In this document: piece after piece, positions 55,906 through 64,000 of the stretch
Position numbering within the stretch: position 1 is the stretch's first letter
Layout: each line of letters opens with the position of its first letter
Sequence record: PV796108.1
Direction: 5' to 3' (one strand)
Length of the DNA: 64,000 nt
Notes under the pieces: generated by a model
Seen by the model: the letters and a program-made list of their open reading frames with translations, nothing else
What the model was told of the DNA's origin: nothing
Database searches by the model: none
Made by a program: the position numbers and the translations under genes

Positions 55906-56103
55906 ATGGACATCGTTGTGCATTTGCAGACAGATGAGAATACAATTCGTATTTTTAATGCAAAGAAACTAAAAGCTTATGTTAAGTTGGAATTAAACTA
56001 TAAAAGTATTGAAGAGTTCTTGAGTGATTATGAATGGTGGCAAGCAGATTTATTAGCTAATAATCCAGAATTACTTCACTTGGAACATGAAGAGGGACTT
56101 TAG
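55906..56103 (+). CDS. hypothetical protein
   Basis: RBS AGGAGG. Confidence 0.6.
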   Translation: MDIVVHLQTDENTIRIFNAKKLKAYVKLELNYKSIEEFLSDYEWWQADLLANNPELLHLEHEEGL

Positions 56104-56120
56104 TCCTTCTTCTTTATTAC

Positions 56121-56438
56121 ATGAAAAGGGAGAGAATTAAAATGAAATATTTCGTATTAACTTGTAAAAGAAATGTATGGTTATCAAATGGCTTATGTTT
56201 TATTAAAGACAAATCTTATGATGCAGTTGCTACAAAAAATACAATCGTTACTTTAAATGAATTAAAACGTCCTCATGTTATTGCCACACTAGATATTTAT
56301 GATGACTTCAAAGAACACTTTGATATTGATATCGTTACAACATGGGATGAGCTTTGCCACAATCCAATGCGTCAAAAACGTGTAGAGCAAGCAAGGCGTT
56401 ACCTGAATAAAATAGAAACGCCAATTGCAGTACACTAA
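56121..56438 (+). CDS. hypothetical protein
   Basis: 105 aa; start may be the second Met. Confidence 0.6.
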   Translation: MKRERIKMKYFVLTCKRNVWLSNGLCFIKDKSYDAVATKNTIVTLNELKRPHVIATLDIYDDFKEHFDIDIVTTWDELCHNPMRQKRVEQARRYLNKIETPIAVH

Positions 56439-56458
56439 TTTTTTTAGGGGGAAATGGG

Positions 56459-57412
56459 ATGCATCCAGAATATGAATACTTGAATCTATGTAAAGATGTA
56501 ATGACAAACGGAACAAAGAAAGAAGATAGAACAGGTACAGGAACAGTCTCTGTGTTTGGTCGTCAAATGCGTTTTGATTTACAAAAAGGTTTTCCACTCT
56601 TAACAACTAAGCGAGTACCATTCCGTTTAATCGCAAGTGAATTGTTATGGTTTATGAAAGGTGATACAAACATTCGTTACCTTTTAAAATACAACAATAA
56701 CATCTGGAATGAATGGGCGTTTAAAAGATGGATTGAAAGTGATGAATATACAGGGCCAGATATGACAAACTTCGGTATTCGTTCTCAAGAGGATGAAGAG
56801 TTCAAGAAGTTATATGATGAACAAATGGAAGCCTTCAAGACAGCCATTCTTGAAAATGAAGAGTTTGCAGAACGTTACGGTGACTTAGGAGATGTATACG
56901 GTAAGCAATGGCGTAACTGGGAAACACGAGATGGAGATTTCATCGACCAGTTAAAAGATGTAATTGAAACGATTAAAAAGAATCCTGATTCTCGTCGTAT
57001 GATTGTTTCAGCTTGGAATCCAGAAGATGTTCCTTTTATGGCATTACCGCCTTGCCATTCTTTATATCAGTTCTATGTAGCTGATGGTAAATTATCATGT
57101 CAGTTATATCAACGTAGCGGAGATATCTTCTTAGGTATTCCATTTAATATTGCAAGCTACTCATTACTAACACACTTAATCGCACATGAATGCGGACTTG
57201 AAGTAGGAGAGTTTGTTCATACAATCGGAGATGCTCACATCTATACGAATCATTTCGATCAGATTGAAGAACAATTATCTCGTGAACCAAAAGAGTTTCC
57301 AAAGCTTGTACTAAATCCAAATGTAAAGAATGCTCTTGATTTCAACATGGAAGATTTAGCAATCGAAGGATACGTTCCACATCCAGCAATCAAAGCACCA
57401 GTTGCAGTATAG
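56459..57412 (+). CDS. thyA: thymidylate synthase
   Basis: DRTGTGT, FPLLTTK, DSRR, MALPPCH, YQRSGD, FNIASY, HIY. Confidence 0.98.
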   Translation: MHPEYEYLNLCKDVMTNGTKKEDRTGTGTVSVFGRQMRFDLQKGFPLLTTKRVPFRLIASELLWFMKGDTNIRYLLKYNNNIWNEWAFKRWIESDEYTGPDMTNFGIRSQEDEEFKKLYDEQMEAFKTAILENEEFAERYGDLGDVYGKQWRNWETRDGDFIDQLKDVIETIKKNPDSRRMIVSAWNPEDVPFMALPPCHSLYQFYVADGKLSCQLYQRSGDIFLGIPFNIASYSLLTHLIAHECGLEVGEFVHTIGDAHIYTNHFDQIEEQLSREPKEFPKLVLNPNVKNALDFNMEDLAIEGYVPHPAIKAPVAV

Positions 57413-57430
57413 GAAAAGGAGTAGAGGGGA

Positions 57431-57931
57431 ATGCCACTTTCATTAATCGTAGCGATGGACGAATGTGATGGTATCGGGAAGGACAATAAACTTCCTTGGT
57501 ACCTTCCGAATGACCTGAACTATTTTAAAGAGAAAACAGAATTTAAAGCCATGATTATGGGTCGTAAAACTTTTGAATCTTTACCAAAGGTTCTTGAGAA
57601 TCGAATCCATTATGTTCTTTCTTCTAAAGAACTAAAGACAGATAACCCATTAGTATTTCGTGGGTCTTCTATCTCCGAGGTATTACATTATCGTCATTCA
57701 TTAGAAGAGGTATTTGTAATCGGCGGAGCTAATATCTATGAGCAGTTTCTACCTTTTGTAGATAGATTGTATATTACTCGTGTACATGACATCTTTGAAG
57801 TAGATACAACTTTCCCAAAAATAAATTTGGATGAGTGGGTACAGGTAGATGAACAACCTGGAAAGGTAGATGAAAAGAATAAACACGAGCATACATTTTA
57901 TGTGTATCATCGTAAGAGTCCATCCCAATAA
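57431..57931 (+). CDS. dfrA: dihydrofolate reductase
   Basis: IGKDNKLPWYLPNDL, IMGRKTFES, IGGANIY, DTTFP. Confidence 0.97.
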   Translation: MPLSLIVAMDECDGIGKDNKLPWYLPNDLNYFKEKTEFKAMIMGRKTFESLPKVLENRIHYVLSSKELKTDNPLVFRGSSISEVLHYRHSLEEVFVIGGANIYEQFLPFVDRLYITRVHDIFEVDTTFPKINLDEWVQVDEQPGKVDEKNKHEHTFYVYHRKSPSQ

Positions 57932-58066
57932 TCGCTTGACAGACGAGAGGAAAAAGATTACAATGTAGGAAACTTCCTTTCTTTGTTTGTTGCGAATATA
58001 TTAAAAAAGGGGCGAGGGCTAAACACCTTCGTCCTTTTTTGTGCAAAAAATTAAAGGGGAGATAAC

Positions 58067-59986
58067 ATGATAGAATTATTAGAACAACTTAACCCACAGC
58101 AACAAGATATTGTAAAAGATACGAGAGGACCGTTATTGGTATTAGCAGGAGCAGGTTCTGGTAAGACTCGTGTACTTACGTATCGTATTGCATATTTACT
58201 TAGTCAAGGTGTAAAGCCATGGAACATCTTAGCCATTACATTTACAAATAAAGCAGCGAGAGAAATGCGTGAGCGTTTAGAACAGTTATCTGGCAAGCAA
58301 GCTTTAGATGTATGGATGGGAACATTCCATGGTATTTGTTTACGAATTTTGTTCCGATTTGGTAAGGAGATTGGATTGGAAAATATCACAATCATTGATG
58401 AGAAGGAACAGAAGAAGTTAATGAAAGAAACATTGGAAACAATTGCATCAAGTATTGAGATTGAACAAGCATTGTCAATCATCAGTACATTTAAAAACAA
58501 ATTGGTTACACCTCAAGCAGCTTTAGAGGATGCGCCGAATAATCCATACGGAGAAGAAATTGCTCATGTATATATGGCGTATGAAGAAAAGAAGACGGAG
58601 CTAGATTATCTGGACTTCGATGATATTATCATGAAGGCGATTCATTTATTAGAAGTGAATGAAGTAGCTCGTGATACATATCAACAACAGTTCCACTTTG
58701 TATCATGTGATGAGTCTCAAGATACGAATGATGCTCAGTATAAGTTGATTAAATTGTTGTCAGCTCAACATGGTAATGTAATGTATGTTGGTGATACTGA
58801 CCAAGGTATTTATTCATGGCGTGGAGCAGAGATCAAAAATATTTTGAATCTGAAAAATTATTATCCCAATTTAAAAGAGTATCAGCTTGGACAAAATTAT
58901 CGTTCAACTCAAGTAATTGTAGATGCTTCGAATGCATTAGTGAAACGTAATAAACAACGTTTAGAAAAAGAAGCATTCTCACAAAATGAGTATGGGGATA
59001 AGATTACATTGTATCAAGCAGATGATGATTCACGAGAAGCGGATTATATTGCAAATATTATTCGTCGTGGTCATAATGTTCGTGGTATTCCATATAAAGA
59101 CTTTGCAGTTCTTTATCGTATGAATAGACAATCACGAGCAGTTGAATCAGCTTTAACTCATGCTGGTATTCCATATCAAATTATTAATGGAACAAACTTC
59201 GCAGACCGTAAAGAAGTCAAAGATTTAATTGGTTACTTACGTGGCATCAACAATCCGAATGATACATTAGCTTTAGAACGTGTTATTAACACACCGAAAC
59301 GTGGTATTGGTGATACAACCTTAAAGCGTGTCAAAGATTATGGTGACGAATGTGGTATTACTTTTGGTAAAGCATTAGAAGTTGTAGAAGATGTTCCAAA
59401 AGTAAATGCGAAGACAGCAACAAAGATTAAAGACTTCTTATCATTAATGGAGAATATGAGGGCAGCGGCAAAAGAAATGCCTATCGCAGAAATCATTAAA
59501 GAGATTATTGTGAAGACAGAGTACTTGAAGCAGTTCGATATTACCAAAGAAGATGATTTAAACCGTGTTGGAAACATCAAGGAGTTAATCAACTTAGCTG
59601 GTAAGTGGGATGAAGATGATGATAATGAAGGTAAAGGTTTAATGGACTTCTTAGCTGAGTCTTCATTAGCAAGTGATGTTGATTCTTTAGATGGGGAAGA
59701 AGATGCAGTTGTTCTTCAAAGTGTTCATAGTTCGAAAGGATTAGAGTATGAGAATGTATTCTTAGTAGGTTTAGAGGAGAATATGTTCCCGATGGGTCGG
59801 GCCGCTTCTGGTGACGACTTAGAGGAAGAAAGAAGACTGATGTATGTAGCAATGACTCGTGCAAAGAAACGATTGTTTATTTCGAACTGTCGTCAAAGAT
59901 ATGAGTATGGGAATCCACGTCCAGTGTTTAACAAACCATCTCGATTCTTACGAGAAATACCAGAAGTATTTGTGAAGCGAATCTAG
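58067..59986 (+). CDS. pcrA: PcrA/UvrD SF1 helicase
   Basis: AGAGSGKT, TFTNKAA, DESQD, GDTDQ, QNYRS, HSSKGLE, EERRLMYVAMTRA. Confidence 0.96.
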   Translation: MIELLEQLNPQQQDIVKDTRGPLLVLAGAGSGKTRVLTYRIAYLLSQGVKPWNILAITFTNKAAREMRERLEQLSGKQALDVWMGTFHGICLRILFRFGKEIGLENITIIDEKEQKKLMKETLETIASSIEIEQALSIISTFKNKLVTPQAALEDAPNNPYGEEIAHVYMAYEEKKTELDYLDFDDIIMKAIHLLEVNEVARDTYQQQFHFVSCDESQDTNDAQYKLIKLLSAQHGNVMYVGDTDQGIYSWRGAEIKNILNLKNYYPNLKEYQLGQNYRSTQVIVDASNALVKRNKQRLEKEAFSQNEYGDKITLYQADDDSREADYIANIIRRGHNVRGIPYKDFAVLYRMNRQSRAVESALTHAGIPYQIINGTNFADRKEVKDLIGYLRGINNPNDTLALERVINTPKRGIGDTTLKRVKDYGDECGITFGKALEVVEDVPKVNAKTATKIKDFLSLMENMRAAAKEMPIAEIIKEIIVKTEYLKQFDITKEDDLNRVGNIKELINLAGKWDEDDDNEGKGLMDFLAESSLASDVDSLDGEEDAVVLQSVHSSKGLEYENVFLVGLEENMFPMGRAASGDDLEEERRLMYVAMTRAKKRLFISNCRQRYEYGNPRPVFNKPSRFLREIPEVFVKRI

Positions 59987-60079
59987 CAATAGGTTCGCTT
60001 TTCCATTATTTCCATTGGAACGAGTCAACAAAGGTATGGTAATATAAATTCAAGTTCAAACAAAAAGGAGAGGTTTTAA

Positions 60080-61198
60080 ATGGCAACAACAACTAAAGGA
60101 TATGCACCAAGCATGAAACGAATCTATCAACTACACAAAGCTTTCACAAAGATGGCTAACACCCAAGGTACAAAGTATGGCGAGTATGGAATCATCGTTG
60201 CTCCAAGAGACGAGATTTCTAAGTATGAGCCGACATTGGACATTACGAAAACTTACATTAGCACAATCATTAGTTTCTTAGAAGAGATTGATGTAATTTA
60301 TCGTGTTAATGCCGATGAAAAAGGTCCAGCTCGTTTAGATGTTCGTCAGTTTATCAAACTTGAAAGCTTAACGAAGATTGTTGATGTTGTAACAGAGAAA
60401 AATGAATTAGCTCGTCAAGCTTACCATAACCAAAAGGAAGAGGGTCGTTCTCATATGAAGCAAGCAGTAGTTGTTAAAGCAGAAGAAAAAGCAGTTGTAA
60501 CTCCAGCACCAACACCAGTAAAAGAAGAAAAAGTAGAACAAACAGAATTAGTTGTAGCAGAAGTGAAACCTGATGAGTTAACAGCAGCACCAACAGTAGC
60601 TGACTTAAAAGAAACTATTGATGATGGTGTAGGTCACTTAACTGAAACAACAAAAGAATTAGTTTCTTACTTAACTTCTTTATCTTCTCAAATCCAATAT
60701 GCTGACCCAGGTTTAGTAGCTGGATTGCGTCAGGAGAAACAAACTGCTGACAATAAAGCTCGTCGTTTAGAAATTGAATTAAAAGATGTTAAGGATGCAA
60801 ATGAACGACTTGGTTCTACAGCAAAACAAAACATTACAGTAATCACTGAATTAAATAAACGTGTTACTGAATTAGAAGCAAATGAGAAGAAACATATCGC
60901 CGCCGAGCGAGCGCAAGCGAGCAACCTTGAGAAAGCAAAATCAGATTTAACAAATGCTCAAGGTACAATCACGAAACTTCAAGCGGAATTGAAAGCTGCT
61001 CAAGAGAAAGCAGAAGCTTCAATGAGCGTAGAGGTTACGGATTCAATCAAGATGAGTGCTGATGGTTTACGTCAGGACATCAACAACCTTTGCCAGTTAG
61101 CTCCATGGCAGTTTAGCAAGAGTCGTCACCAATATCAAAACAGCATGAAGCGTCAATTAGATTCTATCTGCCGTACACTTGGTATTGATGTAAAATAA
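60080..61198 (+). CDS. hypothetical protein, globular N-terminus and long coiled coil
   Basis: 372 aa, RBS AAAGGAGAGG. Confidence 0.8.
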   Translation: MATTTKGYAPSMKRIYQLHKAFTKMANTQGTKYGEYGIIVAPRDEISKYEPTLDITKTYISTIISFLEEIDVIYRVNADEKGPARLDVRQFIKLESLTKIVDVVTEKNELARQAYHNQKEEGRSHMKQAVVVKAEEKAVVTPAPTPVKEEKVEQTELVVAEVKPDELTAAPTVADLKETIDDGVGHLTETTKELVSYLTSLSSQIQYADPGLVAGLRQEKQTADNKARRLEIELKDVKDANERLGSTAKQNITVITELNKRVTELEANEKKHIAAERAQASNLEKAKSDLTNAQGTITKLQAELKAAQEKAEASMSVEVTDSIKMSADGLRQDINNLCQLAPWQFSKSRHQYQNSMKRQLDSICRTLGIDVK

Positions 61199-61261
61199 TT
61201 CGTAAGAGGGATTCTTCGGAGTCCCTTTTTACATATATTGTGTTTTATTAGGAGGAATACT

Positions 61262-61693
61262 ATGCGTAGATTTGAAGTTGCAGATGGATTTAAAAATGAA
61301 CCAGTTGTCTTACCACAACGTGGAACAAAGAAAGCAGCAGGTTATGACTTCCGTTCTTTAGAAGGAGGGGTTGTACAACCTGGAGAAACTGTAATGTTTA
61401 AAACAGGTGTTACAGTTCTTATGGAAGATGATGAAGTATTATACTTAGTACCACGTAGTGGATTAGCTAAGAAGTACAACATCACACTAATGAACACACC
61501 AGGTGTTATTGATGCAGACTATTACCCAAATGCAATCGGTGCATTAGTTCATAATGCTGGTTCAGAACCATTCATCGTTCATCCAGGAGACCGTATTTGC
61601 CAAGGTATCTTTAGCAAGTTCTTAATCACTGACGATGATGAACCACAAGACGTAGAACGTGAGTCAGGTTGGGGTCATACTGGTACAAAATAA
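61262..61693 (+). CDS. dut: trimeric dUTPase
   Basis: AAGYDF, PRSG, GVIDADY, GDRICQG, RESGWGHTG. Confidence 0.93.
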   Translation: MRRFEVADGFKNEPVVLPQRGTKKAAGYDFRSLEGGVVQPGETVMFKTGVTVLMEDDEVLYLVPRSGLAKKYNITLMNTPGVIDADYYPNAIGALVHNAGSEPFIVHPGDRICQGIFSKFLITDDDEPQDVERESGWGHTGTK

Positions 61694-61745
61694 TGATTGA
61701 ATCTTTGACACCAATAGGTTATTTTTGACTATGAGGTGACAGGAT

Positions 61746-62105
61746 ATGAAATTATCAATCGACAAAGAGTTATCTAACAATATCTACAAGGTAACAGTAT
61801 CAATCACGGAGACACCAACAGAAGACACTGATTTATTTCATGACTTTGGTGATGTGGTAATTCAAACTGGTGGAGAACTAAAGGGTGCAGATGGAACAAC
61901 ACTTCGAGTGCTTCCAGAAGCTTCACGTAAATTCCCAAGCCAGTTCCCAATCACACAAAGGTTTCCTGATTCACAGTATGACAACAAAGGCAAAGAGGTT
62001 GCAAACGCTTGGGCCGAGTCAGTGACGAAACGTATTGAAGCGGAATTAGAAAAGCTCCGTTTGAAAACAGATGACTTCACTGGAAAAGAAGAGTTAACTA
62101 TCTAA
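61746..62105 (+). CDS. hypothetical protein
   Basis: RBS GAGGTG. Confidence 0.7.
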   Translation: MKLSIDKELSNNIYKVTVSITETPTEDTDLFHDFGDVVIQTGGELKGADGTTLRVLPEASRKFPSQFPITQRFPDSQYDNKGKEVANAWAESVTKRIEAELEKLRLKTDDFTGKEELTI

Positions 62106-62154
62106 AGTAGGGGTGGCGAAAGCCATCCTTATTTTATTTGAAAGGAGAGATACA

Positions 62155-62499
62155 ATGATAGATACAGAAGGATACGGCGTAAAACGAATGCTTCAAAAAA
62201 GATTTTTAGTTCATTCTTTTCTATATTACAAACTAGATGACTCCATAATATCTGATTCAGATTATGATGAACTATGTAAAAAAATGATTTATGCAATGGA
62301 ACGAGTAGAAAGACCTACACCATATGATGAATTATGTAAGCCTTGTGGTGATACAGGAAGTGGCTTCTATATTAAAGAATATCCACCAGAGATTGTCACA
62401 TCAGCACTACGTGTTCTATATAAACACAAACAACAAGACCCTAAATTCACACAAACATTTTCAGTGTTTATTTCAAAATGGGGATATGAAATTAAGTAA
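62155..62499 (+). CDS. stand-alone NAD-dependent ligase domain Ia-like protein
   Basis: HSFLYYKLDDSIISDSDYDEL resembles LigA Ia YY..D.P.ISD.EYD; no adenylation domain. Confidence 0.65.
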   Translation: MIDTEGYGVKRMLQKRFLVHSFLYYKLDDSIISDSDYDELCKKMIYAMERVERPTPYDELCKPCGDTGSGFYIKEYPPEIVTSALRVLYKHKQQDPKFTQTFSVFISKWGYEIK

Positions 62500-62512
62500 G
62501 GAGTAGATAACA

Positions 62513-62773
62513 ATGAAAGAAGTATGGGTATTTTCATACGTTGCACTTTATGATAACCATGGTTTAAGTTCTTACACAGAGGTATTTGCAGATGTAAAGG
62601 ATGGTATAAAACATCTACAAGATGAAATAGCTATTATCAAGGAAGATCATTGTTTTGGAGAAGGAAATATCTTTGCGGAAAATGATTGCTGTTTCCATGC
62701 ACTATCTACAAAGTCAGATGTATTTGATTTGTCTCTCAAGAAAAGAGAGGTAAAGACGAAGGTGACATCATGA
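62513..62773 (+). CDS. hypothetical protein
   Basis: RBS AAGGAG. Confidence 0.65.
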   Translation: MKEVWVFSYVALYDNHGLSSYTEVFADVKDGIKHLQDEIAIIKEDHCFGEGNIFAENDCCFHALSTKSDVFDLSLKKREVKTKVTS

Positions 62774-63072
62774 AAAAAATAAAAACAATTATCCGCATGA
62801 TGGACTTAGCAAAAAGAAGAGGGTATGCCTCAATGAAACGATTTGGAAATGATGTTTATTACATATCATATGATAAGCATTATATGAGGCTATATCACTA
62901 TGGGACATTAACATTAAAATTTTCATTGATGGAAAATCGTATTGCATATTATTATGGTGAAAGCATTAGTGATAGAGATAGTATGAATACAGCTCTCTAT
63001 ACACTGGATTATGAAGATGAGTTCTTCCGCTTTTCTAAACATAAAGATGGTGTTTATTTAACAACAGAATAA
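62770..63072 (+). CDS. hypothetical protein
   Basis: ATGA coupling. Confidence 0.65.
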   Translation: MKKIKTIIRMMDLAKRRGYASMKRFGNDVYYISYDKHYMRLYHYGTLTLKFSLMENRIAYYYGESISDRDSMNTALYTLDYEDEFFRFSKHKDGVYLTTE

Positions 63073-63196
63073 TGTTACATATCTTTATCAAATGTAACAA
63101 ACTATTAACGGGTGGATTAATCCTTTATGGATTTCCACCTTTTTCTTTTTCAACAGCTTACATTATAAAAATATTAAATGAGAGGGGAATACACAC

Positions 63197-63967
63197 ATGA
63201 AACATAAAGCATTGTTAGCTTCGATTGGCGTTAGTATCGCCCTAATCGGCACGGGTAGTTATTATGGTTACGGGGAATATCAAAAGTTGGAGGACAAGAA
63301 TAAACAACTTCAACAACATATCATCAAGAAAGACAAGACGATTAAAGAAAAGAATAGTTCTATCGAAGAGAAGGATAAGACTATTGAAGAAAAAGACAAT
63401 AACATTCAAACGCTTCATAGCGAAAAAGGTGTATTAGAAAATGAAGTGAATGAAAAGAATGGCGCAATCGAGGACCTTAAAAAAAAACTAGCTGAACAGG
63501 AGCGCCAGAGGCAGGAAGCTCAACAACTAGCAGCTAAGAAACAAGAAGAGCTAAAGAACTTAGCAAATCAAAAGACTACTCAAAAACAAGAGGCTCCTGC
63601 TCCAAAGCAAATGGCAGCTCCAGCACCTCCAGCAGAGAAGAAAGAAACTCCATCAGGTAAAAGTGTTACTGTTCAAGCTACAGCTTACACAGCTGATCCT
63701 AGTGAGAATGGTGGCACATATGGAGGACGTGTCCTTACAAAAATGGGACATGACTTAACAGCGAATCCAAACATGAAAATGATTGCCGTTGACCCGAATG
63801 TAATTCCACTTGGTTCAAAGGTATATGTTGAAGGTTATGGAGAAGCAATAGCTGGTGATACTGGCGGTGCTATTAAAGGGAATCGCATTGACGTTCTAGT
63901 TGCCTCTGATTCAGAAGCAGATAACTGGGGACGTAAAAATGATGTTGAAGTTAAAATTTTAGATTAG
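63197..63967 (+). CDS. 3D-domain cell-wall protein with N-terminal anchor and coiled coil
   Basis: ATAYTAD, IAVDPNVIPLGSKVYV, AGDTGGAIKGNRIDV. Confidence 0.9.
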   Translation: MKHKALLASIGVSIALIGTGSYYGYGEYQKLEDKNKQLQQHIIKKDKTIKEKNSSIEEKDKTIEEKDNNIQTLHSEKGVLENEVNEKNGAIEDLKKKLAEQERQRQEAQQLAAKKQEELKNLANQKTTQKQEAPAPKQMAAPAPPAEKKETPSGKSVTVQATAYTADPSENGGTYGGRVLTKMGHDLTANPNMKMIAVDPNVIPLGSKVYVEGYGEAIAGDTGGAIKGNRIDVLVASDSEADNWGRKNDVEVKILD

Positions 63968-63976
63968 TATTAACAG

Positions 63977-64000
63977 AAGAGACAGTTACTGTCTCTTTTT
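63977..64000 (+). terminator. intrinsic terminator
   Basis: AAGAGACAG-tta-CTGTCTCTT plus T tract. Confidence 0.75.

Noticed and set aside
771-62080. Most short minus-strand and alternate-frame track ORFs (e.g. 771, 4201, 6222, 11250, 11305, 20609, 51674, 59338)
   Set aside because: They lie within well-supported plus-strand genes, lack RBSs and show no motifs

Overview
AT-rich, gene-dense 64 kb segment of a large phage or prophage of a Bacillus-like host (SLH domains point to the B. cereus group). All but one convincing gene lies on the + strand. No head, packaging, lysis or integrase module is in the window. Replication and nucleotide genes: DnaE split by two ORF-less group I introns, class Ib RNR (nrdI/E/F plus NrdH), SSB, RecA, ThyA, DHFR, PcrA and dUTPase. 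Accessory genes: Sir2, a DHH phosphoesterase, a metallophosphoesterase, SPFH, BRO, a Spx-like protein without CXXC and secreted cell-wall proteins. The standout is a complete ubiquitin-like conjugation cassette in PRTRC-like order at 6816-12838: a 5-copy polyubiquitin-like precursor, two unknown genes, a Prok-E2, a JAB protease and a ThiF/E1. Downstream, about 35 small proteins from several unrelated families all end in the same C-terminal peptide (N-x5-8-hydrophobic-K-x-E/D-acidic-hydrophobic). Four of them look like fragments of contractile tail tube/sheath proteins. I infer, without proof, that the peptide is a docking or acceptor tag for the Ubl machinery. Three 500-600 nt ORF-free structured regions are candidate large ncRNAs. 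All family assignments come from motif recognition by eye; no database was searched.
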